35,183 nucleotides of DNA from UHGV virus genome UHGV-0213391; one strand, written 5' to 3'. The notes below the pieces were generated by a model that saw only the letters and a program-made list of their open reading frames with translations, had not been told where the DNA came from and made no database searches. Positions 26,252 to 35,183 of this stretch are shown here, piece by piece; within the stretch, counting starts at the first letter, position 1, and the number at the start of each line of letters is the position of its first letter. The DNA comes from a virus. Both the position numbers and the translations under genes were made by a program.

Positions 26252-26775
26252 TCCCATCCATCGACCAAACCATGTGCCGGCGCATCATTGAACGCCTCAA
26301 GAGCCTGGGAGCGCTGAACTGCCACATCTTTGAACGGCCCTTCGACCCCCAGTACGCCGCCAATGATATCATCATGTCGGCCATGGGAAACAACGGCGTT
26401 GTTCTGGTGTGTCCCGGCGAAGCTGCCGAATACCAGGACGGGCACGGCCAGACCGCCGTCCCGACCATGTGGCGGCAGTATTTCATCATCGCCGCCATTT
26501 ATCACAACGCATCCCTGTTCCCGAAAGAATGCCTGACGCCGGATTACTATCTGCGCGCCCTGGGCGACCTGATTGAGGAAACCCTTTGGGACTGGAACCC
26601 TTTTCCCTTTGCCGCTTCCGCCTCCATGAAAGGAAAGGTCAAGGGCCGCTTCGCTTCCTCCGCCCGCATTGACGGAGAGGAACGCCAAATGAACGTTTTG
26701 ACCGTGGATTACCGTGTCCCGGTCAACATCAACATAAGAAACCATCCGAAATTCGATGAACACACCCACAACTGA
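26248..26775 (+). CDS. Hypothetical tail/neck protein (175 aa)
   Basis: ATGA overlap with the previous gene. Confidence 0.5.
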   Translation: MIPSIDQTMCRRIIERLKSLGALNCHIFERPFDPQYAANDIIMSAMGNNGVVLVCPGEAAEYQDGHGQTAVPTMWRQYFIIAAIYHNASLFPKECLTPDYYLRALGDLIEETLWDWNPFPFAASASMKGKVKGRFASSARIDGEERQMNVLTVDYRVPVNINIRNHPKFDEHTHN

Positions 26776-27019
26776 CAAGAAGGCCGTGCGGAAGAGCGTC
26801 CCCAAGCCGGACGATCCCCGCGAAACCGCCGACAAAACGTCGGCAACGCCGAACGAAAAGAAGAAAACCACTGACAAGAAGGCCGTGCGGGTCATTCGCA
26901 CCCGCGCCGAACTGGACGGAGGGCTGATTCTCAGCCTCTCCATGAAAACCGATACCCCGGAACTTCCCGCGCCCGTCGCGGAAGCTCTGGCAACCCTCAA
27001 CCTTGTTGACATCAAATGA
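26756..27019 (+). CDS. Small Lys/Thr-rich protein with internal duplication (TTDKKAVR x2)
   Basis: A 22-bp direct repeat, ACTGACAAGAAGGCCGTGCGG, occurs at 26770-26791 and 26869-26890. Confidence 0.4.
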   Translation: MNTPTTDKKAVRKSVPKPDDPRETADKTSATPNEKKKTTDKKAVRVIRTRAELDGGLILSLSMKTDTPELPAPVAEALATLNLVDIK

Positions 27020-27213
27020 GCAAAGCAACTACATCCAACACCGAACCGGAGAAGAAGACGGAGCAGGCCGCCGTCATCGACACGAATATCCTCATCCTCG
27101 CCAAAGAAGTGAGGATAGGGCGCTCAACCTTCTTGAAAGGGGCGCGCATCCGTGCTACAAAAGAACTCGCCGATAAACTGGAAGCCGACGGCAAGGCATC
27201 CATCATTTACTAA
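27016..27213 (+). CDS. Hypothetical small protein (65 aa)
   Basis: ATGA overlap with the previous gene. Confidence 0.4.
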   Translation: MSKATTSNTEPEKKTEQAAVIDTNILILAKEVRIGRSTFLKGARIRATKELADKLEADGKASIIY

Positions 27214-27320
27214 TCATTTCCAGCATCAGGGCTACTACATACGATCCCACCTTTTCTAACCGCAACGTCACGCCGCAGATTACCGGCGTTCTGGCGATTT
27301 TCCTCCCCGACGGCATCAAG

Positions 27321-27878
27321 GTGACCGAAGACGGGGGAGTTTCCTACGTCACCGGACCGGACCAGTTTCCGACGCCTCCCACGGCTCCGCCCGCCGATCC
27401 GACAGCCGGGCCTGAACAGCCCTGGGTGAGTTTCGGGCTTTTGGGCGCGTTCCAGTCCGTCGCCACACAGGTCGAAGGGGAAGTAACGCGCTTTTACGGC
27501 GGCAATCTCGGCTACCGGCAGCAGCGAAAGAACACCACGACCGGCAAGCGGTTGACGTTCACCACGCCGGACATGTCCCCGGAATATTTCCAACTGGCGT
27601 TCGCTCTGGGAGCCGCCCCCGCCAACGGCGAGGAATCGACCACCGTCGGACACGGAGGCGACAACAAGATCGAAGGGTATCTTCATTTCTGGTATCAGAA
27701 TGACGTGGGTACGATCTATTTGGTCGGAACCGCGCATGGCGCTTTGCGCCTGCTGCAGGACCCCGAGCACACCACGGCGATTGCTTCGCCCCAGTTCGAG
27801 TTCGAAATGGATTACCGCGGCCAGTACCAGTTCACGCCCTCCAATGTGCAGGACGTGACGCCGGTCCCGGGCTCCTGA
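27321..27878 (+). CDS. Putative major tail protein (coding appears to begin at AGG 27228)
   Basis: Followed by a strong terminator. The in-frame upstream '[31 protein letters not shown]' starts 15 nt after the previous stop. Confidence 0.5.
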   Translation: MTEDGGVSYVTGPDQFPTPPTAPPADPTAGPEQPWVSFGLLGAFQSVATQVEGEVTRFYGGNLGYRQQRKNTTTGKRLTFTTPDMSPEYFQLAFALGAAPANGEESTTVGHGGDNKIEGYLHFWYQNDVGTIYLVGTAHGALRLLQDPEHTTAIASPQFEFEMDYRGQYQFTPSNVQDVTPVPGS

Positions 27879-27890
27879 CGTGTTTCACCA

Positions 27891-27922
27891 GGGGGCCGCG
27901 CGCCCCCGCATCCCCTTTTTTT
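27891..27922 (+). terminator. Rho-independent terminator
   Basis: GGGGGC-CGCGC-GCCCCC hairpin followed by a T7 run. Confidence 0.65.
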
Positions 27923-27985
27923 CCCAGGCAGCAGGCAGGCAAATACGATATACGGACAGTCACGGGGCTCAACCAGTCACTGGTA

Positions 27986-30043
27986 GTGCGCGTGGTGGAT
28001 TTCCAGGGGGATCCCGTCGATATGGGCGGCGTCACCCTGCGCGGAGCCGTTCGCCTCAAGACGGGTATCGCCGAGTTCGGCTTTTCCCGTGACGACGAGG
28101 GCAACGGCGTGATTTCGTGGGCCTCGGTGCCCGCGGGCATGTGGTCCTACGATGTCTTCATGGATGACGGCAATGAGGAAAGCCCGCTTCTCTATGGATG
28201 CTTTGTTTCCTCAGGCCGGGTGACGCCGGACTTGCCGGACGAGCAGCAGGCGGTAGCGGGTGCGGTCGTCGTGCAGCTGCCGGAAGGAAGCGGATGCGTG
28301 CAGGTGGTGCTTGATAATGCGTCAAGCGCCGCCTGGTACGCGGAGCAGGCCAAGAAGTACGCCGAGAATTTCAATCTTTCGGTGGACCGGGTCACTACCG
28401 GCGAACCTGGCACTCCTGCCGCAGCGGAAGCCGTGAAAGGCTCGGAAGCGGGCTCTTATCTGTTGTCGTTTACCATCCCCAAAGGAGACGCCGGCCCCGA
28501 AGGCCCACCAGGCCCGCAGGGGGAACCGGGCGAAACCGGCCCCGAAGGCCCCCAGGGTCCCAGGGGCGACGCAGGACCTCAAGGTCCTCAGGGAGCGACC
28601 GGAGAACAGGGACCAAGAGGCGACATTGGAGAAACCGGACCGCAGGGTCCTGCCGGCCCGCAAGGACCCGAGGGGCCGGAGGGGCCCCAAGGGCCCCGTG
28701 GCGAGAAAGGAGATACGGGGGATGTTAATCCGGACGGTTCTTATAACTGGACGCAGCCGCAGACCTACGACGCCACGATCACCGCAATCGAAGGAGTCCG
28801 TGTGCCGCTGCCCGCCACAGGGCAGAATGCCATTTCCTATGAGGGAATGATAACCATGACGGCTGCCGGCCAATGGAGCCGCACCAATTATTTTCTGGAA
28901 TCCGTCATTCCGTCATGGGTGACTGCCTTGGCGGAAGCCCAGTCGTTGAGCACAAGCTACGCAATTGCTACCGCTAACGCCTCCCTGAAGAAGGGAGTAT
29001 TTAATAACGACTTGTGCGATATGGTGTTAACCATGACGGCGGCAGGGGGTGTTTCTGTTATCGGCAAATCCACGGGATCATGGAAATTTGCCAATTACAT
29101 GGGCAACAATAGAAATAACGAATATGCTGCCGCTTGCGTCTGGCGGATACTTGGCTCTGACAAGGTGTCGGTCCTCTTGGGCAGCACTGCCCAAGGGTAC
29201 GCTACGACTGCCGATCCGCTGGCGTCCTGCTATGCACATCCTGTGCACTGGGTGGATTATGCCTGGGATAATGCAAATTACAGATACCCTCAAAACAATA
29301 CAGTCAATGGAGCGAGAGGGGGCGACAATGTGCCGGCGTATCAGATCACTACCTACCCTATGGGGTATCTGGGGAGCAATAAGTCGGCCTTGATAAGAGG
29401 AACGTTTTATGGACCCCTCAAGGTAGATTCCCATTATGTTTGGGCATTGGCTCCGGCTTTTACCTACGTCTCCGCGGCCATGACGCCACCCAACCCCGAT
29501 GACCAGGAGATTTACAATCGCTGGGCTTTGTTTGTGGACAAGCAATATGTAATGGATATGGCTTCCTCCTTTTGGGGCGCCGGCAACACAGCATGCCTTA
29601 CAACCAAATTCAAAGCACACGAAGTCAGCGGGACTTATCAGGCGGGCCTCCGTATGGGAGGGATAAGGATAGACAATGTACCCTCACTGGGCATAACCAA
29701 TTCCTGGGGCCTCATGAAGGACACGGTAATGGAGGGTGTGACGCCTAAACCAGTTCCAGAAGTAACGGCTTCTGCGCAGGAAGTTCCGGCCTCTGGCGGC
29801 GAGGTGACATTGACGGCGTCTTCCACCCTCTCCGAAGCTATCTATGTGCTGAACGATACCATGTGCGGACATGACCCCGCCGCTGTGTGGTGCACGCAAT
29901 CCTCTGAAGAAATAGGGTCCGGCGGCCAGGTTGTCCTGACGCTGGCGGCCAACACGACCGGGCAACCCCGGCAAGTGTGGGCGTTTGTCGGCCACCATTA
30001 CGCCGAGGCCGCTGTTGTAGAAATCAACCAATTAGCACAATAA
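27986..30043 (+). CDS. Collagen-like tail fibre protein (probable start at AGG 27926)
   Basis: About 80 G-X-Y triplets ([29 protein letters not shown]...). The C-terminal globular domain is typical of a receptor-binding fibre. Confidence 0.8.
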   Translation: MRVVDFQGDPVDMGGVTLRGAVRLKTGIAEFGFSRDDEGNGVISWASVPAGMWSYDVFMDDGNEESPLLYGCFVSSGRVTPDLPDEQQAVAGAVVVQLPEGSGCVQVVLDNASSAAWYAEQAKKYAENFNLSVDRVTTGEPGTPAAAEAVKGSEAGSYLLSFTIPKGDAGPEGPPGPQGEPGETGPEGPQGPRGDAGPQGPQGATGEQGPRGDIGETGPQGPAGPQGPEGPEGPQGPRGEKGDTGDVNPDGSYNWTQPQTYDATITAIEGVRVPLPATGQNAISYEGMITMTAAGQWSRTNYFLESVIPSWVTALAEAQSLSTSYAIATANASLKKGVFNNDLCDMVLTMTAAGGVSVIGKSTGSWKFANYMGNNRNNEYAAACVWRILGSDKVSVLLGSTAQGYATTADPLASCYAHPVHWVDYAWDNANYRYPQNNTVNGARGGDNVPAYQITTYPMGYLGSNKSALIRGTFYGPLKVDSHYVWALAPAFTYVSAAMTPPNPDDQEIYNRWALFVDKQYVMDMASSFWGAGNTACLTTKFKAHEVSGTYQAGLRMGGIRIDNVPSLGITNSWGLMKDTVMEGVTPKPVPEVTASAQEVPASGGEVTLTASSTLSEAIYVLNDTMCGHDPAAVWCTQSSEEIGSGGQVVLTLAANTTGQPRQVWAFVGHHYAEAAVVEINQLAQ

Positions 30044-30047
30044 CACC

Positions 30048-30458
30048 ATGAAAGAGATACATTTACAGTTCCCTGAGCCTGGACGGTGGAACGAATTTGT
30101 TATGACCGCCAGATTTCCCGACAATAACGGCTTTGTACTCTCCCTCTGCTATACACAAGCGGATATACCCGCCGACCAAGCCCCGGCCTTGAAAGCAGCG
30201 GTGGCCGCGATCGCCGGCATGGACGAGGACTGGCAAGCGGCGCAGGTTTGGGTGCGGTGCAACTGGGTATTCCAGGCGCCGACTGGAGATGCAGACAATT
30301 ACCAGTCCACAGAGGCGGTGATCCTTACGGTTGAGGCCGTTAATGCGGATGGGGGCCGCCGGACATTCACGGCTTCGGACTACCCGGAATTCATCATCAC
30401 GGATTCCGCGGCTGTGTCGTTTTTCAAATACTTCACCAATAACAACATAATCATATGA
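30048..30458 (+). CDS. Hypothetical protein (136 aa)
   Basis: ATG 5 nt after the fibre stop. Confidence 0.5.
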   Translation: MKEIHLQFPEPGRWNEFVMTARFPDNNGFVLSLCYTQADIPADQAPALKAAVAAIAGMDEDWQAAQVWVRCNWVFQAPTGDADNYQSTEAVILTVEAVNADGGRRTFTASDYPEFIITDSAAVSFFKYFTNNNIII

Positions 30459-30907
30459 CTACTAATGATCAATGCAATCATTCCGAGGCTATCGCCAAGG
30501 ATTTTTATGAGGTGGTTTCCGAGGATAACGGCGGCGGCTGGAAGTCCTGGAAAGAATTAACCGATCCGCAGCGGGCAGCGTTTGTGCGATTGGCGCAGCA
30601 AGCCCTGCCTATTATTGGCAGGCATGCGCTGGGGGATGTCCGGGACTACCTCGGTATTAAGGCTGCCGGCAAGTCTAGCTGGTGGGAAAAGGCCCTGTAT
30701 ACCGCCGGAGCAGTTATTGCCGGGGCCATCCTTGGCGGCTTGGGAATGTCCCTCTCCGGCTGCGGGCATAACGTGGACATTACCCCGGACCGCACGGAGG
30801 TCTGCAAGGACGGTTCCTGCCTGATCATCGAGCCGGGCCACCTGTCCTACAGCCAGGCCCAGCCCGCCACGGATACGCCGCCCGTAGTTCAAGCCACCAA
30901 GAAATAA
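30455..30907 (+). CDS. Membrane protein with central TM segment (holin-like or lysis accessory)
   Basis: 'YTAGAVIAGAILGGLGMSLSG' is a TM helix. The gene is upstream of the amidase. Confidence 0.45.
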   Translation: MTTNDQCNHSEAIAKDFYEVVSEDNGGGWKSWKELTDPQRAAFVRLAQQALPIIGRHALGDVRDYLGIKAAGKSSWWEKALYTAGAVIAGAILGGLGMSLSGCGHNVDITPDRTEVCKDGSCLIIEPGHLSYSQAQPATDTPPVVQATKK

Positions 30908-30911
30908 GACC

Positions 30912-31163
30912 ATGTGCAAACTCTCCGAAGTACCGGCACGTTTCTTCGATTTCGCCAAGGCTTTCCCCGCCTGGGCCTGCGTCATGCTCTCGCTGGGCAT
31001 TTGTGGCGCGGCCTGCTGGTACATCGGAGATGTCATGGGACATCACAACGACCGACTTTGCGATCTGATGACGATGCAGACGCAGGCCCAGGTAGAGACG
31101 GCAAAGGCTATTCAGCTTCTTGCCATCAGAATAGAGAATATCGAGCGGAAGCTTGAAAAATAG
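30912..31163 (+). CDS. Putative holin (83 aa, one TM, charged C-terminus)
   Basis: 'FPAWACVMLSLGICGAACWYIG' is the TM helix and the C-terminus is polar and charged. The gene sits immediately upstream of the amidase. Confidence 0.45.
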   Translation: MCKLSEVPARFFDFAKAFPAWACVMLSLGICGAACWYIGDVMGHHNDRLCDLMTMQTQAQVETAKAIQLLAIRIENIERKLEK

Positions 31164-31334
31164 TCAACTGTAAAGTTTTTCTTACAAGTTCATACATATT
31201 AATAACCAATCAATTAAAGGAGAATACCCAGGAAAATAGCCATTGATATAGGCCATGCCAACAACACCGGAGCCCGTGGAAACAGGCTTGAAGAACACGC
31301 CGTAGCAGCGACGATTGCGGAACGCCTCGCGCCT

Positions 31335-31760
31335 ATGCTCAGAAAGCTGGGCGCCCAGGTGGATGTAATTGACTTTCCGACCCGGAACAACACGGACGAC
31401 CTGAACGCCACCATCAAGGCCGCCAACGAAGGCGGCTACGACTTCGGGATTTCCCTGCATTGTGACTCATCGGATAATGTGCAAGCTCACGGCGCCCATG
31501 TGTGCTTCTATCCCGGGAGCGTTAAGGGAAGCCGGCTTGCCATGTGCGTCGCGGAACCTCTTGCCCGGCTGCTCCCAGGACGGGCCAACACCGTGCAGTC
31601 CCGTCCGGGGCTGGCCGTCCTGAAAAGGACGCGCTGCCCGTGGGTGCTGTGCGAATGCGGCTTTATCACCAATCCTGAAAATGCCGCCCTTATGAAGGAC
31701 CATCCCGAAGCCATTGCGGAAGCCATTGCGGAAGGAGTGAAGGCCTATTCCAAGCTGTAG
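31335..31760 (+). CDS. N-acetylmuramoyl-L-alanine amidase (Amidase_3) endolysin; the catalytic N-terminus starts at AGG 31230
   Basis: In-frame upstream 'KIAIDIGHANNTGARGNRLEEHAV' carries the Zn ligands H and E. 'ISLHCDS' and 'CECGFITNPENAA' are also present. SD AAGGAG lies 7 nt before AGG 31230. The first canonical ATG is 31335. Confidence 0.85.
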   Translation: MLRKLGAQVDVIDFPTRNNTDDLNATIKAANEGGYDFGISLHCDSSDNVQAHGAHVCFYPGSVKGSRLAMCVAEPLARLLPGRANTVQSRPGLAVLKRTRCPWVLCECGFITNPENAALMKDHPEAIAEAIAEGVKAYSKL

Positions 31761-31766
31761 ACGATC

Positions 31767-32990
31767 ATGATCTATGAGGCCCCATACTCCGCATGGTACG
31801 TTTCCGGAGCCGGAAACACGCTCCAACTCCTCAACCTCTGGGATGCCACGCCGGAGCCTCCCCGGTTCGGCGGAGACATGGAAGTCTTTGAAACGTCCCT
31901 GGTGGACGGCACGAGGGCTTTTGCGGAAGGATTGGGGTCTGCCGTAGAACACCGCACCTTTGCCTTTTACCGATGGTTTAAGGACTACGAAGACATGGCC
32001 AGGTATCAGGAAAACCTGACTGTCTGGATGGCAACCAACCAGAACGGCACTCTGTACATGCAGTTTGCCGACCAGCCTCAATGGAGATTCACGTCCGTCC
32101 TTGCCGGCTACCAATTTGAAACGGAGAACTTCATTCCTCCTCCGTCGCCGGAAGACGGTTATTTGTGTCTGCTGGTATCCATCAACATGACGCTCACGGA
32201 CCGGGTTCCCGACAATTCAGCCTGGGTGTTCTCCGTGGCTCCTTCCTCGGTTTCCGTCCCGGCTGCCGGCGGACAATATGCGTTCTCCGTCGTCTCCTAC
32301 TTCAACCCGGGCGAAATCGGGCAGGGCTGGAAAGCCTTTGAGAACGACGGCATCTCCATCTCCAACATCATCAACGGAAACAATGGCTCCTTCCGGGTTA
32401 CAGTGCCTCCCAACGAAACTACGGAAGAAAAAAGCATTTATCTGACAGTTTCCCAGGACGGAACCGGAATCGCTCCTCTCATTGAGATCACCCAGGCGGC
32501 AGCCACGCCCCAGGAGAAAACGGTGGGCTCTCCCGTCTTCCTGGAAGGAGATACTGCCAAGATTGCCGCCTTGGGAACGTTTAACTGGCGGCAATACCGC
32601 ATGAAGTGGGGAGAACAGGTAGACGGTGATCCGCCGCCGGCAGCCTCCATCAAATCCGTCACCGTGGCCCGCGGGAGCGCCAACAATATCAGCGCTGCCC
32701 TTTCCTTGTACGTCCTCAATGAGGATGGGTCCACCACAACGCTGCTGGCTACCAGTAACGCCGCGGTTAATGACGCCGCCAGCCAGCAGGCGACATTCAC
32801 CTTCCCGGCGCCGCCCAAGGTGGAAGCCGGGATGCAGCTCATCTTCCAGCCCGGCGCCGTCGTATACACCAAAATTGAGAATATCACGGCCTACGATTGG
32901 GGCGGCATCGCCTACCTGCCTTATCCGGCTGCAATCACCACGCCTGCCGTGATGCCGGCCATGTCACTGGACATCGAATACATCGGATAA
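31767..32990 (+). CDS. Structural/adhesion protein with BACON/Ig-like beta-sandwich segments
   Basis: 'SVSVPAAGGQYAFSVVSYFNPGEIGQGW...SFRVTVPPNETTEEKSIYLTVSQDGTGIAPLIEITQAA' matches the BACON-like pattern. Confidence 0.45.
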   Translation: MIYEAPYSAWYVSGAGNTLQLLNLWDATPEPPRFGGDMEVFETSLVDGTRAFAEGLGSAVEHRTFAFYRWFKDYEDMARYQENLTVWMATNQNGTLYMQFADQPQWRFTSVLAGYQFETENFIPPPSPEDGYLCLLVSINMTLTDRVPDNSAWVFSVAPSSVSVPAAGGQYAFSVVSYFNPGEIGQGWKAFENDGISISNIINGNNGSFRVTVPPNETTEEKSIYLTVSQDGTGIAPLIEITQAAATPQEKTVGSPVFLEGDTAKIAALGTFNWRQYRMKWGEQVDGDPPPAASIKSVTVARGSANNISAALSLYVLNEDGSTTTLLATSNAAVNDAASQQATFTFPAPPKVEAGMQLIFQPGAVVYTKIENITAYDWGGIAYLPYPAAITTPAVMPAMSLDIEYIG

Positions 32991-33017
32991 CAACACCTTT
33001 TTAACATACCACCAATC

Positions 33018-33308
33018 ATGACTGACCAATCCACTCAACCTGAAAACGGAATGGAACGGCTTTTCGGAGAATTCGCCGAAGCCTGCCTCAAGAACCCCTC
33101 CCTGGACCAGGCGACGCGAGCCTTGCGGGAAAGCGTCTTTGCCGCTGCCGGACAAGCCGGCGTCAACCCCTCCGAAGCCTTCGGCATCATCTTCCGCGAT
33201 ATGATGATGCTTGAATACTTCCAAAAACGCGTGGACGACGCCCGCGCCAGCCTCGCGGACGGGAAGCTGCCTGCTTTCGTCATCGAAGAAGCCCGCCCTC
33301 AACAATAA
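33018..33308 (+). CDS. Hypothetical protein (96 aa)
   Basis: ORF with ATG start. Confidence 0.45.
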   Translation: MTDQSTQPENGMERLFGEFAEACLKNPSLDQATRALRESVFAAAGQAGVNPSEAFGIIFRDMMMLEYFQKRVDDARASLADGKLPAFVIEEARPQQ

Positions 33309-33326
33309 CCCTCCACATCTACCACC

Positions 33327-35177
33327 ATGGCCACCAAGAAAGAAATCGAAATCAAACTCAAGTCCACGCTGGACGGAAAAGGCGTAGAAGAAGCAAAGCA
33401 GAAGATTGACTCCCTGAATAAATCCACAGACCAGCTCGACAAAGGCAGTCAAAAGGCGACCAAGAGCATCAAGAACATGGGGCAGGGCGCCTTACAGGCG
33501 GCCTACTTCTTCGATGACCTGCAATACGGCATCAAGGGCATCCTGAACAATATTCCGGGCCTTGTAATAGGCTTCGGTGGCGGGGCGGGCCTGGCCGGCG
33601 CGCTTTCCCTTGCCACGCTGGCCGGCGCGAAGCTCTACGAGTGGCTTTCCTCGACGGAAGAGAAGTCAGTTGATTTGACTAAAAAACTTGAAGAAGAAAG
33701 AGAGGCTTTCAAAAAGTTAAAAGAAGAAGTTGGTGAAATTTCTCGGCAAAACAACAATGAACAAATATTACGGGCGGCAATAGATAGTGCAAAAAAAATA
33801 GCTGATTATCGTAAAGAAGAAGCTAACGCATTAAAATATTCTTTGGATTATCGTAAAGAGTTGATTGCTTTAGAATCTGGAATTAATGACGATGAAGCAG
33901 AGATCGCCCGCCTAAAAGTAGAGGAAGATTTTGCTAATGGGAAATTAGGTGAAGGCGCCGAGGCTGAGCGTCGAAGAGCTCGCTTGTTAGAAGGCATCGA
34001 ATTAGATAGCCGCGCAAGAAGGAGAAATGAAAGAGAAGAATCAGCAAAATTAGATGTGTCCGACGCAGTCAATAAGAGAATTGATGCAGCTCGTACCGCA
34101 AGAGAAGCTCAAGAGTCACTCCAAAATGCAAAATCTAATTCTTACGATATCATGTCTCTTGAAGAAAGAAGGGCGTCAGAAGTTTCTTTAAGTGAAATGA
34201 GAAAATCTTTAATAAATGATTTATATGGAGCTTTAAAATCGTATAGAGATAAAGAAAGAGATTCCGGAGCCTTACGATATAGGAATGTAAGTGATAAATC
34301 TATTTATGATACAGCTAATGAGTTTGTAAATGGAGAAGAAATTTCAAATAAATTGGTGTATGCATTGCTCGATAAATACCGACCTAGCGACGCAGAATCT
34401 AGAAGAGCAAAAATATTTGATATTCAAGGAAACATAGAGAGAAGTGACATTTCTCTTCAGGATAAAGGTTTTAATTTGGGTGATATGACTTTTGGAGATG
34501 GAGGTTATTTGAATGCCTATAAATCTTATGCTGAAACCGTAGAAACTCTTGAAAAAGAATATGAAGAATCGGAAAAGTCTTTAATATCAGCAAAGAATGA
34601 TGAAGAAATAGCAACGCGAAAGCTATCTGATGTAAAGAGAAAAAACGCCTCGGAAGCCGCTGTTGATATACAACGCGGTAGGACGTCTCAAGCTCAGGAG
34701 AGAAGGCAAATCCGTGAAGAAACAGAAAAAGAGGATACCGAGAATGAAATCGAAGGCAGAAAAAAAGAAATAGAAACCAAAAAAGATGCTCTGAAGAAGA
34801 ATAAGGATAATTTTTCTGCTGAACTGGAGCGTTTAGTTGTTGCTGCAGGGGAGTCTGCCAGTGAGCAACAGAAAGCGATGGTTAGAGCCGCTTCGGAGGC
34901 TATTCGGAATCAGGTTAAAAACGCCTCGGCAGATGGAATAATTGACTCAGCAGAATATACACAAATAGGAGTTGCCTTTAGAGATGCTTTGAGGCAGCAA
35001 GGAATTCAAAACACCTCAATTCTGAATGGACTTACCACAAATATGAAACAAGCTCTTTCCCTTGTTAATCAACAAGCGGCAGAATTAAGAGTTCAGCAGG
35101 CACGAATCGATCAGTTAACTCGAGAGCTAAAACAAGCTCAAAATAATATTGGAGGATTACGGCGCAGAAAACATTGA
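33327..35177 (+). CDS. Coiled-coil tape-measure-like protein (616 aa)
   Basis: The N-terminal Gly-rich hydrophobic segment is 'GLVIGFGGGAGLAGALSLATLAGA'. It is followed by a long Lys/Glu-rich helical region whose DNA is markedly AT-rich. Confidence 0.45.
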   Translation: MATKKEIEIKLKSTLDGKGVEEAKQKIDSLNKSTDQLDKGSQKATKSIKNMGQGALQAAYFFDDLQYGIKGILNNIPGLVIGFGGGAGLAGALSLATLAGAKLYEWLSSTEEKSVDLTKKLEEEREAFKKLKEEVGEISRQNNNEQILRAAIDSAKKIADYRKEEANALKYSLDYRKELIALESGINDDEAEIARLKVEEDFANGKLGEGAEAERRRARLLEGIELDSRARRRNEREESAKLDVSDAVNKRIDAARTAREAQESLQNAKSNSYDIMSLEERRASEVSLSEMRKSLINDLYGALKSYRDKERDSGALRYRNVSDKSIYDTANEFVNGEEISNKLVYALLDKYRPSDAESRRAKIFDIQGNIERSDISLQDKGFNLGDMTFGDGGYLNAYKSYAETVETLEKEYEESEKSLISAKNDEEIATRKLSDVKRKNASEAAVDIQRGRTSQAQERRQIREETEKEDTENEIEGRKKEIETKKDALKKNKDNFSAELERLVVAAGESASEQQKAMVRAASEAIRNQVKNASADGIIDSAEYTQIGVAFRDALRQQGIQNTSILNGLTTNMKQALSLVNQQAAELRVQQARIDQLTRELKQAQNNIGGLRRRKH

Positions 35178-35183
35178 AGAAAA

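Larger units (their letters stand above)
3430..35183 (+). mobile_element. Integrated temperate phage (prophage), Mu-like head module with siphovirus-like tail genes; the right end lies beyond the window
   Basis: Contiguous modules: integrase, CI-like repressor, RecT/exonuclease, DnaB, TerS/TerL, portal, protease, capsid, tail, lysis. Gene order and motifs read directly from the ORF translations. Confidence 0.85.

Noticed and set aside
26221-27015. 264-aa minus-strand ORF
   Set aside because: Antisense to three tightly packed plus-strand structural genes.
27181-27213. Programmed -1 frameshift fusing the 65-aa gene to the major tail gene
   Set aside because: The frames do overlap, but there is no slippery heptamer. 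The AGG-start pattern shared with five other genes explains the upstream coding sequence better.
28480-28740. Periodic repetitive DNA that could be mistaken for a CRISPR-like or tandem array
   Set aside because: It is the 9-bp-periodic coding repeat of collagen GXY triplets inside an intact ORF. No spacer-repeat structure is present.

Overview
The window is almost entirely one temperate-phage (prophage) genome, transcribed mainly rightward, about 58% GC, with several AT-rich islands. Upstream, from left to right: an AT-rich gene for a GYF/DUF4339-like membrane protein, a GC-rich two-gene operon of unknown function (716 aa plus a 241-aa protein with a DxD motif), a strong terminator, then a tyrosine integrase. 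Downstream of the integrase is a bizarre poly-C/poly-A/poly-C tract. Next comes a leftward CI-like HTH repressor facing a rightward early operon, which carries a lipoprotein, small membrane peptides and an Xis-like HTH protein. The recombination and replication module follows: RecT, a YqaJ exonuclease, DUF1064, ASCH, a C5 cytosine methyltransferase, a PD-(D/E)xK nuclease, a replication initiator containing iterons, DnaB, and a degenerate DnaC remnant. A leftward accessory block of four unknown genes sits next, driven by a duplicated ~95-bp promoter/leader element that carries a 17-bp palindrome. The late region then runs TerS, TerL, portal, a Mu gpI-like protease/scaffold, capsid, head-tail genes, major tail protein, a collagen-like tail fibre, a holin/amidase lysis cassette, a BACON-like protein and a coiled-coil tape-measure-like protein. 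Most striking is that six landmark late genes (TerL, portal, capsid, major tail, fibre, amidase) have recognisable N-terminal coding sequence that begins at an in-frame AGG exactly where ATG is expected, with no canonical start until far downstream. Other oddities: the methyltransferase's conserved motifs are split over two reading frames, the DnaC-like gene has lost its P-loop, there is an ori-like iteron cluster, and two UUCG-tetraloop hairpins lie upstream of terS. I found no tRNA, rRNA or CRISPR. The host cannot be named from sequence alone.
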